Of a stretch of 10,206 nucleotides of DNA, positions 1 through 5,715 are shown piece after piece. The position numbers and the translations under genes are program-made. The notes beneath the pieces are model-generated. The model did no database searches. It saw nothing but the letters and a program-made list of their open reading frames with translations, and was not told the origin of the DNA. Numbering within the stretch: position 1 is the first letter of the stretch; each line of letters begins with the position of its first letter. Source of the stretch: a virus (Duplodnaviria > Heunggongvirae > Uroviricota > Caudoviricetes); IMG/VR virus record IMGVR_UViG_2698536672_000010; one strand, 5' to 3'.

Positions 1-348
1 AGTTACCGGAGTTGGTCCATCGAATTCGGGCATGTCAGGACCTTTTCTGATAGCTTTAGCCAGCTCCAGCGGGTCATCGTAAAGCCAGTCGCCAGTTTGT
101 GGGTGATTTGCTTCTGCAAGCTGCGCAGCCCATTCAAGACCATCTTTTTTACCTTGGAGATAATCAAGTGGCAACTCTTCATGATTACTTGCAGGTTCGG
201 CACTATCAGCTTCGCGCCGCTTCTGTAGCTCTGCTGCCATTGCTCTCACGACTTCAACTGGTGCCCTTGCAGCAAACTCTATGTTGGTGATCAGCTCATT
301 AAGATATTGCTCGCCTGGATACTGTTTCTTATCGGTTATAGTGGTCAT
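1..348 (-). CDS. Hypothetical phage protein, 3' end beyond the window edge (absent from the supplied ORF track)
   Basis: ATG at 348-346 on the minus strand with AAGGAGAG Shine-Dalgarno 5 nt upstream. Translation MTTITDKKQYPGEQYLNELITNIEFAARAPVEVVRAMAAELQKRREADSAEP... stays open to position 1, so the track (which needs a stop) omitted it. Starts 1 nt after the stop of the gene at 350-1078. No recognisable domain. Confidence 0.5.
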   Translation of the reverse strand, partial: MTTITDKKQYPGEQYLNELITNIEFAARAPVEVVRAMAAELQKRREADSAEPASNHEELPLDYLQGKKDGLEWAAQLAEANHPQTGDWLYDDPLELAKAIRKGPDMPEFDGPTPVT

Positions 349-349
349 A

Positions 350-1078
350 TCACTCTCCTTTGATGCGAATGCCAGCTGCGCTTGCTGATTCTTCATATGC
401 GCGTTTAGCAGCGTTAAGGATTGCTGCCAGTGGCGTATAGCCGCCATCCATTCGGATTGTGTTGTGGATGCCAGCCATTGTGTCGCGCAATTTGCTGTGG
501 CTAGCAGACAGTTCTGCAATGCGCTTCTCTGCGGCTTCCAGCTTCTCGCGCATATCGTCAACGTACTCGACCAGAGATCCGCCAGCAGGAATTTCGCACT
601 CCTCGACCAGTTGGAAGTAGATATCAGCTGCGGCCCGTGTGTTGCTATGCCTAGCGTCGCCCATCTCACCTTCACGAAGAGCATCGCGTTCGGCGGTAAG
701 ATTGGCTATTTTGCTGTCTTTGCCTTCCAGCTCAACACGCAGCTTCCCTACCGTTAGCGCAATTTCCTCGTTCTCCTGGTCACGGCTTTTGATGTATTGC
801 TGGTTTCTTTCCCGTTCATCCAGCAGCGTCAGCACAGTAGCCGGACTGGCTGCGGCGATGAATTCAGCATTGGCCTGCTGTTCCATTTGGAAATCTTCAT
901 CGAAACCGCTTTCAGGATGCGCTCCTTCAATTCTGCAAATGGGAATATATCCAGCAGCCTCGCGATGAATTAGTGCATCATCACCATCAAATCGGCCCTC
1001 TCCATATTCGAGCGACCACACACCACACGTTGCTTTCTCTGCTATCTCACGCAGTGCCTGATAGTCAATCTTGCTCAC
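350..1078 (-). CDS. Ead/Ea22-like family prophage protein (putative)
   Basis: 242-aa ORF. N-terminus MSKIDYQALREIAEKATCGVW and the segment ANAEFIAAASPATVLTLLDE followed by a coiled-coil-like stretch match my recollection of Ead/Ea22-like proteins (not searched). Its ATG overlaps the stop of the upstream gene as ATGA. Confidence 0.5.
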   Translation of the reverse strand: MSKIDYQALREIAEKATCGVWSLEYGEGRFDGDDALIHREAAGYIPICRIEGAHPESGFDEDFQMEQQANAEFIAAASPATVLTLLDERERNQQYIKSRDQENEEIALTVGKLRVELEGKDSKIANLTAERDALREGEMGDARHSNTRAAADIYFQLVEECEIPAGGSLVEYVDDMREKLEAAEKRIAELSASHSKLRDTMAGIHNTIRMDGGYTPLAAILNAAKRAYEESASAAGIRIKGE

Positions 1079-1650
1079 TGGATGACTCCTTTACGAAGCA
1101 GTTCAGCAATACTTACGCATATCTCTGCGCCTCTAATCAGCCCCGGAACGTTCTTGTTTGGCCCAACTTCACCATCAACAAAATCAATCATCGCGTTACG
1201 AGCCATATCCACGCCCTGCGCCCGCACTTCAGCCAGGCATTTGCGAAACTCGGAAACGTACTGTTCGACGCTCATTCCCCAGCTAAGTGGACATTCATTG
1301 AATGTTTCGCCTTCGTGCTCTTCATCAGGTAGCTCTTTGGTAAAGAACTCACGTTCAATGGCGTGGAGTGTGTCAGCAAAACGACGTAAGTTACTCAAAC
1401 CTGTCGTAATGGAGAATTCAGGAGCATCACATCCGACGCCCATCTGCTGATAAACGGCGGTTTTGAAGGCCTTAAGCCCAGCATTCTCCGCTGCCAGCGC
1501 ATTAGCACGCACCAGTTGCACTTCCAGTTGCGTTGCCAAATCGCTGATCAGCTTTGCCACACTGCGCATATCAACGGCACCACATTCTGCGTTCAGTTCC
1601 GAAGCCATCTCATGCCCGGCGGCAACTAACCCTTTGATATTACTTTCCAT
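1075..1650 (-). CDS. Hypothetical phage protein
   Basis: 191-aa ORF with GAGGGT Shine-Dalgarno 5 nt upstream of the ATG at 1650. Stop overlaps the start of the downstream gene (ATGA). No domain recognised. Confidence 0.55.
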   Translation of the reverse strand: MESNIKGLVAAGHEMASELNAECGAVDMRSVAKLISDLATQLEVQLVRANALAAENAGLKAFKTAVYQQMGVGCDAPEFSITTGLSNLRRFADTLHAIEREFFTKELPDEEHEGETFNECPLSWGMSVEQYVSEFRKCLAEVRAQGVDMARNAMIDFVDGEVGPNKNVPGLIRGAEICVSIAELLRKGVIQ

Positions 1651-1711
1651 CTTTACCCTCGCTTATCCACATAACTTATTGATTACATTGATAACTAAAA
1701 AGATCGTCGAT

Positions 1712-2056
1712 TCAGAACTCTTCGATGTTCCAGCCGCCACCTGCTTTCTTTGGTTTAACCGTTACCCCGATGATTCGGAACGGATACTGATCTGCGGCGA
1801 CTTTGGTTTTCACCCTGGCGTCGTCGGTCCAGAAACCTTTCACTTCGTGCAGTTCCATCTCTCCGGTGGCGAGCATCACAGCGAAATCTGGCGTATAGAA
1901 CGTGTTGTCAGCTAACCGCAGCTTGATACCCTCGAATCGATACCAGGCGATTTCCCCTGCACGTTTACGCAGCTCAAGGTGCTGGCAATACGCAGATTCT
2001 GTTTTGTTCATCTGGCCTGTTTTGAGTCGACCAAGAGCCTGTATCTGTTTTCTCAT
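1712..2056 (-). CDS. Small phage protein with a PD-(D/E)xK-like nuclease motif (putative)
   Basis: 114-aa ORF with GAGGTAA Shine-Dalgarno 5 nt upstream of the ATG at 2056. Contains YTPDF ... GEMELHEVKG, a D...E-x-K arrangement typical of PD-(D/E)xK nucleases. First gene after the P terminator and a predicted promoter. Confidence 0.55.
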   Translation of the reverse strand: MRKQIQALGRLKTGQMNKTESAYCQHLELRKRAGEIAWYRFEGIKLRLADNTFYTPDFAVMLATGEMELHEVKGFWTDDARVKTKVAADQYPFRIIGVTVKPKKAGGGWNIEEF

Positions 2057-2059
2057 GAT

Positions 2060-2074
2060 TTACCTCTAAGGTAA
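2060..2074. promoter_or_regulatory. Operator-like palindrome A (TTACC-TCTAA-GGTAA), perfect arms
   Basis: Perfect 5-bp inverted arms with a 5-bp spacer. Sits at the predicted +1/leader of the 1712-2056 gene and overlaps its Shine-Dalgarno, so the right arm could partly be ribosome-binding sequence. Confidence 0.45.
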
Positions 2075-2102
2075 TTAAAAACCACATAAGACACGAAATC
2101 AA
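2074..2102 (-). promoter_or_regulatory. Putative sigma70 promoter for the leftward gene block starting at 2056
   Basis: On the minus strand: TTGATT (plus 2097-2102), 17-nt spacer, TTTAAT (plus 2074-2079). Flanked by palindrome B upstream and palindrome A at +1. Confidence 0.35.
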
Positions 2103-2120
2103 TAGATCTAAGAACATTTT

Positions 2121-2137
2121 GTTACCTATTGGGTAAC
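2121..2137. promoter_or_regulatory. Operator-like palindrome B (GTTACC-TATTG-GGTAAC), perfect 6-bp arms
   Basis: Perfect inverted repeat read directly from the sequence. Centre lies about 62 bp upstream of the predicted start of the promoter at 2074-2102. Confidence 0.5.
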
Positions 2138-2148
2138 TATTGAGGCGT

Positions 2149-2168
2149 AAAAAAATGCGCTATCGCGC
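2149..2168 (-). terminator. Putative intrinsic terminator ending the replication operon
   Basis: Minus-strand reading gives GCGC-GATA-GCGC hairpin followed by A and seven T (plus-strand A-run 2149-2155), directly after the P stop at 2174. Stem is only 4 bp, so strength is uncertain. Confidence 0.35.
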
Positions 2169-2173
2169 TGGTA

Positions 2174-2974
2174 TTACTTGATAAATCCTGCTGCCTTTCC
2201 TCGCCTGTATTCCTCCATCAGCCACTGCGCCGGTGTTATTCCCCCCAGGGTGGCGGCGTTAGGCATGCACCCGAAACTTCGCCCTGGTGGATGGTAAACG
2301 TCTCTCCCTGTGTCCGGAGGTGTACTCATGGGTTCTGGCTTTGCCTGTATGCTGATCACCGGATCGGGTATCTGCTGTCCGGAAGCCACCTTTTTCGCCC
2401 AATCATCGAGCAACCTGCGCGCGTGTTTCTCAACCTCAATCTCGCTAAGCTGGCGCTGATACATTGCACGGCGGGTATCACATACGACCCAGTACATAAC
2501 CGGATGCCGCCACGGGAATCTTTCGGGACCACCAGGATATAAACTTTTTTCCTTGCTGTACCGGTGAAACTCCGCCATCACATCGTCAATGGTGACGCCA
2601 AGAACCATCTTGCTGTCTTTACACCACTTGATGAATTGCCCTGGCGACGGCCAGAACGGAGACTCACTGGCGCGAGCGTGGCGCATACCAGCAGAAACCT
2701 GTTCACGGGTTCGGATCCCACCTTCGGCAAACGCAGCAATCCACTGCTGTTTTGCAGCAACTTCCTGCTCTGGCGTCTTCAGGTTGGTTACCACTGCCGC
2801 CGGAAACAGTTGTTTCAGCTGTTTGAAAAGGGCATCAACAAGCCTCTCTGCTGACATGTTCACCACATTGTCATTGTTGACGTACTGATGCTCATAACCT
2901 GACATGCGAGAAAGGGCTTCTCCGTCACGGTTTTGTATCGCGGTAAAAACGTTGTTCACAAGAAATCCTCCCAT
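2174..2974 (-). CDS. P: Replication protein P homologue (lambda P-like DnaB helicase loader)
   Basis: Aligns by eye with lambda P as I recall it: window LFKQLKQLFPAAVV...QQWIAAFAEGGIRTREQVSAGMRHARASESPFWPSPGQFIKWCKD vs lambda FSQLLATFPASLAN...RRQWVLAFRENGITTMEQVNAGMRVARRQNRPFLPSPGQFVAWCRE. Likely true start is GTG at 2959 (GGAGGA 6 nt upstream), overlapping the O-like stop as GTGA; 2974 is the longest-ORF ATG. Confidence 0.85.
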   Translation of the reverse strand: MGGFLVNNVFTAIQNRDGEALSRMSGYEHQYVNNDNVVNMSAERLVDALFKQLKQLFPAAVVTNLKTPEQEVAAKQQWIAAFAEGGIRTREQVSAGMRHARASESPFWPSPGQFIKWCKDSKMVLGVTIDDVMAEFHRYSKEKSLYPGGPERFPWRHPVMYWVVCDTRRAMYQRQLSEIEVEKHARRLLDDWAKKVASGQQIPDPVISIQAKPEPMSTPPDTGRDVYHPPGRSFGCMPNAATLGGITPAQWLMEEYRRGKAAGFIK

Positions 2975-3771
2975 GCTTCAGGGCTGTTCCAGTGCGGAAC
3001 GTTGTTATCAGGTAATGTTGATTGCTTCTGTCTGCTAATCTGCAGCCGCCTTGCCAGCTTCTGCTCCCACTGTGCCTGATGGTATGCCTTACCCTCAGCC
3101 ATCCAGTAAATTCTGAACTCTGCAAGTTCCTGTGCCGTTGGCAGACTGTCCAGGTAGATCCCCTGCAATGAGCTTTTCCGAAGAAAGTCATCTGATGGCT
3201 GCCATTGTTCATGCATGACAAATTTGCCTAATTGCCCTGGCCCACCAGGAGGAACAAAGTTATTCATCACGGCGTTGTTTGCGCCGGGGTCATGAGGCAC
3301 AGAATCCCCGCTTTTTGTCCTGCTCTCCCTCTCTTGGTTAAATGACTGGTTATATGACTGGTTCTGGATCCCGTTTTTGGGATCATTCAACATCCCGTTT
3401 TTGGGATCATTCAACATCCCGTTTTTGGGTATATTCCCATTTTCGGTAACATTACCGTTTTCGGGTTCATTACCCCCTTCCCGGTTGCCTTTAATGTTCC
3501 CGTTTTTGGTTATATTAAGAGAGAAAACCCGCACTCTTTTCGTCGCTCCCTTTCTCTCTCCGGTATCTGAAATAAGCCCCATTTTCATGAGCGATATAAG
3601 CCCGGCCTGCACGGTTTTTTTATTCAGGCAAGTGTCTTTAACGAGGCGTTCTATGCTGGGGTAGCAGAGGTTATATTCATCGGCTCTGTCAGCCATCGAG
3701 AGCAGTATGAGCTTTAATGACGAGCTACCTGGATCTGTCTCCCAGGCCCAATCTGTTGCATGTCTGCTCAT
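2956..3771 (-). CDS. Replication initiator, O-like (winged-helix N-terminus, Asn-rich repetitive linker, C-terminal domain)
   Basis: 271-aa ORF immediately upstream of and coupled to the P homologue. GGAG Shine-Dalgarno 8 nt upstream of the ATG at 3771. N-terminus LKLILLSMADRADEYNLCYPSIERLVKDTCLNKKTVQAGLISLMKMGLISDTG looks like a winged-helix DNA-binding domain. Central linker is encoded by the iteron-like repeats. C-terminal region could be DnaT-like (uncertain recollection). Confidence 0.65.
   Translation of the reverse strand: MSRHATDWAWETDPGSSSLKLILLSMADRADEYNLCYPSIERLVKDTCLNKKTVQAGLISLMKMGLISDTGERKGATKRVRVFSLNITKNGNIKGNREGGNEPENGNVTENGNIPKNGMLNDPKNGMLNDPKNGIQNQSYNQSFNQERESRTKSGDSVPHDPGANNAVMNNFVPPGGPGQLGKFVMHEQWQPSDDFLRKSSLQGIYLDSLPTAQELAEFRIYWMAEGKAYHQAQWEQKLARRLQISRQKQSTLPDNNVPHWNSPEAWEDFL
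3340..3515. repeat. Iteron-like direct-repeat array inside the O-like gene (candidate replication origin)
   Basis: Core CC(C)GTTTT(T/C)GG occurs six times: 3370, 3394, 3418, 3436 (CCCATTTTCGG), 3455 and 3499. The first two copies are a perfect 24-bp tandem (CCCGTTTTTGGGATCATTCAACAT at 3370-3393 and 3394-3417). TGACTGGTT is also duplicated at 3342 and 3355. The repeats are in frame and encode the PKNGMLND linker. Confidence 0.55.
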
Positions 3772-3786
3772 GATTAATCTCCGCTA

Positions 3787-3987
3787 TCAGCTTGAATGTT
3801 GTGGGGAGGAATTAATCATGATCTGCTTAATCTCTGCCCTGATGCGACGGTTTGATTCCATGGTGCACTCAACACAGTGTCCGTTGTAAACCCAGCGTTC
3901 ACTGTCATGTCCGTGCTTACATGGTTTTCCGGTGTAGTAGCGTTTAAGTCCGCGCTTTGCGGCATCAATACGTGTAATGATTTCCAT
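3787..3987 (-). CDS. Small zinc-binding protein (Cys/His cluster), unknown function, in the cII position
   Basis: Preferred start is the ATG at 3987 (MEIITRIDAAKRGLKRYYTGKPCKHGHDSERWVYNGHCVEC...), with AGGG upstream. The longest ORF extends to 4050 but lacks a ribosome-binding site. Motif C-K-H-G-H ... N-G-H-C-V-E-C suggests a zinc ribbon or minimal HNH-like fold. Confidence 0.45.
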   Translation of the reverse strand: MEIITRIDAAKRGLKRYYTGKPCKHGHDSERWVYNGHCVECTMESNRRIRAEIKQIMINSSPQHSS

Positions 3988-4067
3988 GGTAAGCCCTGTT
4001 ATTAGTATTGGGATTACGGTCATTTTGTGCTGACACAAAAAAAAGATCAACCAGATTTGGTTATTTA

Positions 4068-4082
4068 TTACCTTTGAGGTAC
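4068..4082. promoter_or_regulatory. Operator-like palindrome C (TTACC-TTTGA-GGTAC), one mismatch
   Basis: Same family as A/B. Centre about 60 bp upstream of a candidate minus-strand promoter (TTGATC at plus 4045-4050, 17-nt spacer, CAAAAT at plus 4022-4027) that would drive the zinc-binding gene. Confidence 0.35.
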
Positions 4083-4090
4083 GAATAGAT

Positions 4091-4115
4091 ATGAAAAGAC
4101 CGCCGGGTGGCGGTC
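4091..4115 (-). terminator. Putative intrinsic terminator after the Cro-like gene
   Basis: Perfect hairpin GACCGCC-GGGT-GGCGGTC at 4098-4115. On the minus strand it is followed by TTTTCAT (plus-strand AAAA at 4094-4097). The T-run is short, so it may be a partial terminator or attenuator. Confidence 0.45.
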
Positions 4116-4137
4116 TACAGAGGGTTGTAGCTGGATA

Positions 4138-4368
4138 TCATGAGTAGAAGAAGTATGCCAGTTCTGCTTTTGAGCGCAGCCATTGTCTTGTTTTACAGGC
4201 TTTAAAAAGCCCATTCATCAATACTTTACCTGGCATTTTGCGCTTACCTGTTAAGTGAGTCTGGATATAGTGACTCGTCGTTCCGGCTTCCTGTGCGAAG
4301 GCTTCACGCTCATCCGGAGTAAGTGCAAGCCAGTGCTTTTTGAAATCGAAATGTCCGTTATCGCTCAT
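4138..4368 (-). CDS. Cro-like small HTH DNA-binding protein
   Basis: 76-aa ORF transcribed divergently from the CI-like repressor. Segment TPDEREAFAQEAGTTSHYIQTHLTGKRK has the pattern of a Cro/YdaS-type helix-turn-helix. First gene of the leftward replication operon. Confidence 0.6.
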   Translation of the reverse strand: MSDNGHFDFKKHWLALTPDEREAFAQEAGTTSHYIQTHLTGKRKMPGKVLMNGLFKACKTRQWLRSKAELAYFFYS

Positions 4369-4404
4369 AGCTATTGCCTGATATTTATTTCAGATAATAA
4401 ATAT

Positions 4405-4467
4405 TCACCCATAAGGTAACAAAAATCAAGGATAGTTACCTATGAGGTGCATTTACCTGTTGGGTAA
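4405..4467. promoter_or_regulatory. Tripartite operator region between the Cro-like and CI-like genes (palindromes D, E, F) with divergent promoters
   Basis: D 4405-4419 TCACC-CATAA-GGTAA (1 mismatch). E 4436-4450 TTACC-TATGA-GGTGC (2 mismatches). F 4453-4467 TTACC-TGTTG-GGTAA (perfect). Candidate minus-strand -35 TTGATT at plus 4424-4429, with D in its spacer/-10 region. Candidate plus-strand -35 elements TTGCTT (4470) and TTGAAT (4480) lie just right of F. Confidence 0.5.
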
Positions 4468-4522
4468 TATTGCTTTAAATTGAATCATCTACTGATTCAT
4501 ATATGAGGCGATTTTCCAGAAA

Positions 4523-5107
4523 ATGAAAAGTATCCAGGACGTCCGCAGGCAAAATCTCAACGACTTGATCGACCGTGAATTCAATGGTGTTCAGACGCGG
4601 ATGGCAGAAAAACTTGGAACTCAGGCAAATCTGGTAAACCGCTGGGCTCTTGGCAAGAAGGTTATCGGCGACCAGGTTGCGCGAAAAATTGAAGCTGCCG
4701 CCAATAAACCCCGTAACTGGCTTGATATCGATCGCTCGCTTTCTCAGGAAGGTTTTCAGCCTGTCGGCCCAAGCGACATTGGTCAGCTGGCGGCTCACAA
4801 CCTGGAACGCTGGATGAGCGAAAGCCGCGACCTTTCAACACAGGGAAAACTTCACCGCGCATCCGGCGTCGCCCAGGTGACAATCAGCCGCCTGTTAAAC
4901 AATGAGGTCAGCGTTTCCATTTCCACCCTGGAGAATGTTGCATCCGCATTCGGGCGTCACGGCTATGAATTACTGATTCACCCGCACGACCCTGCGACTA
5001 TCAACTATGACCGCTCGCGCTACGCATTGTTACCCGAAACAGAGAAGGCAAAGATCGAAAGTTACATTGAATTTGTCATCAGCCAGAACGAAAAAAACAA
5101 ACAATAA
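4523..5107 (+). CDS. CI-like prophage repressor with two XRE-type HTH domains and no LexA-like peptidase domain
   Basis: 194-aa ORF. First HTH around GVQTRMAEKLGTQANLVNRWALGKK, second around GKLHRASGVAQVTISRLLNNEVSVSISTLENVASAFG. No S24 Ser/Lys dyad motif seen. Divergent from the Cro-like gene and followed by a strong terminator. Confidence 0.7.
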   Translation: MKSIQDVRRQNLNDLIDREFNGVQTRMAEKLGTQANLVNRWALGKKVIGDQVARKIEAAANKPRNWLDIDRSLSQEGFQPVGPSDIGQLAAHNLERWMSESRDLSTQGKLHRASGVAQVTISRLLNNEVSVSISTLENVASAFGRHGYELLIHPHDPATINYDRSRYALLPETEKAKIESYIEFVISQNEKNKQ

Positions 5108-5127
5108 AATCATATTTTTCAGTAAGT

Positions 5128-5153
5128 AAGCCGCCTCATGGCGGCTTTTTTAT
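5128..5153 (+). terminator. Rho-independent terminator after the repressor gene
   Basis: Hairpin AAGCCGCC-TCAT-GGCGGCTT at 5128-5147 followed by TTTTTTATT, located 21 nt after the repressor stop. Confidence 0.7.
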
Positions 5154-5164
5154 TGCCAGCAAGA

Positions 5165-5241
5165 TTACCTTATGGGTGATTTTTTTAACTCATATCTATT
5201 GACATCAAACCAGATACGCATAATCATTACCTCAACGGTAA
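5165..5241 (+). promoter_or_regulatory. Early-left (PL-like) promoter of the recombination operon, flanked by palindromes G and H
   Basis: G 5165-5179 TTACC-TTATG-GGTGA (1 mismatch). -35 TTGACA at 5199-5204. -10 is ambiguous: CATAAT at 5219-5224 (14-nt spacer) or AATCAT at 5222-5227 (17-nt spacer). H 5227-5241 TTACC-TCAAC-GGTAA (perfect) lies at the predicted +1. Confidence 0.45.
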
Positions 5242-5260
5242 CAGACCGAGGTAACAAATT

Positions 5261-5413
5261 ATGCAGTGGAAAATCATCAACGGTTGGTACTGCGTTACTG
5301 CATGCGGATTCATGAGCTGGAAGTTCCGCACCTTACAGGAAGGCATTAAGTGGGCTTTCGTCAGCAAAGAAGCTCGCGATGTGGCCAACGATAACGAGAT
5401 ATGGGAGGGCTGA
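5261..5413 (+). CDS. Small hypothetical protein (50 aa), first gene of the recombination operon; below the track length cutoff
   Basis: ATG at 5261 with GAGGT 9 nt upstream. Translation MQWKIINGWYCVTACGFMSWKFRTLQEGIKWAFVSKEARDVANDNEIWEG, stop TGA at 5411-5413, 2 nt before the next start. No family recognised. Confidence 0.35.
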   Translation: MQWKIINGWYCVTACGFMSWKFRTLQEGIKWAFVSKEARDVANDNEIWEG

Positions 5414-5415
5414 TA

Positions 5416-5715
5416 ATGAACGTTAATCAGCAGAAAAATCTTCAAAAAATCATGCAGGCATTTGACAAGGACTACCACCTGTCAGAACAGCTATATGACC
5501 GACAAGTTGAACTGATTGAGAGCATCCGACTTCATCAACTGTCATCAACTTTCGACGTTGTAACAGGCAAAGGCGTTCGTCAGGAAGTACTGGAGGCTGC
5601 TAAAGACAGCCCTGAGTTCGAAGAACTGATGGATGCCTATCGGCGAGAGGCAATGGCAATTATCGCCCGCTGGGATCTGGCGGATCAGCTTGATGGACAG
5701 AAGGACGCGGCATGA
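5416..5715 (+). CDS. Hypothetical protein (99 aa), coupled upstream of the exonuclease
   Basis: ATG at 5416 with GGGAGGG Shine-Dalgarno 6 nt upstream; the track's 5401 start lies inside that Shine-Dalgarno. Stop overlaps the exonuclease start as ATGA. Acidic C-terminus; no domain recognised. Confidence 0.55.
   Translation: MNVNQQKNLQKIMQAFDKDYHLSEQLYDRQVELIESIRLHQLSSTFDVVTGKGVRQEVLEAAKDSPEFEELMDAYRREAMAIIARWDLADQLDGQKDAA

Noticed and set aside
3-290. Track ORFs 3-203 (minus) and 99-290 (plus)
   Set aside because: Both overlap the minus-strand ORF 1-348, which has a strong AAGGAG Shine-Dalgarno and fits the operon. They are alternative-frame or antisense ORFs with no ribosome-binding site.
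464-1915. Plus-strand track ORFs 464-757, 639-968, 973-1332, 1082-1450 and 1463-1915
   Set aside because: Antisense to the coupled minus-strand genes; low-complexity Ser/Ala/Leu-rich translations (973-1332 begins MHHHHQ); no start signals.
2291-3221. Track ORFs nested in the P and O-like genes (2291-2542, 2564-2854, 2578-2760, 2589-2888, 2925-3221)
   Set aside because: They lie wholly inside or antisense to the P homologue and O-like gene, which are well supported.
3377-3664. Track ORF with repeated FNIPFLG peptide, and the possibility of a CRISPR array
   Set aside because: The repeated peptide is the antisense translation of the iteron-like repeats. The repeats are 11-24 bp, mostly contiguous with no unique spacers of regular length, and in frame within the O-like gene, so this is not CRISPR.
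3707-3889. Track ORF 3707-3889 (plus)
   Set aside because: Antisense across the O-like start and the zinc-binding gene; no ribosome-binding site.
4138-4368. Cro-like gene as a YdaS-type antitoxin of a toxin-antitoxin pair
   Set aside because: There is no adjacent toxin-like gene. The divergent arrangement with a repressor and clustered operator palindromes fits a Cro/CI switch better.
4475-4883. Track ORFs 4475-4798 and 4662-4883 (minus)
   Set aside because: Antisense to the CI-like repressor gene, which has the HTH motifs and the expected position.
4523-5107. LexA/S24 peptidase domain in the repressor
   Set aside because: Looked for the Ser-Lys dyad context in the C-terminal half and did not find it; the C-terminal half looks like a second HTH instead.
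5227-5478. Track ORF 5227-5478 (minus)
   Set aside because: Runs antisense across the PL-like promoter and both leading plus-strand genes, which have good Shine-Dalgarno sequences and coupling.
5261-5715. Lambda N-like antiterminator or Gam homologue at the head of the early-left operon
   Set aside because: Neither ORF has an N-type arginine-rich N-terminus or visible similarity to lambda Gam as I recall it. Left as unknowns.
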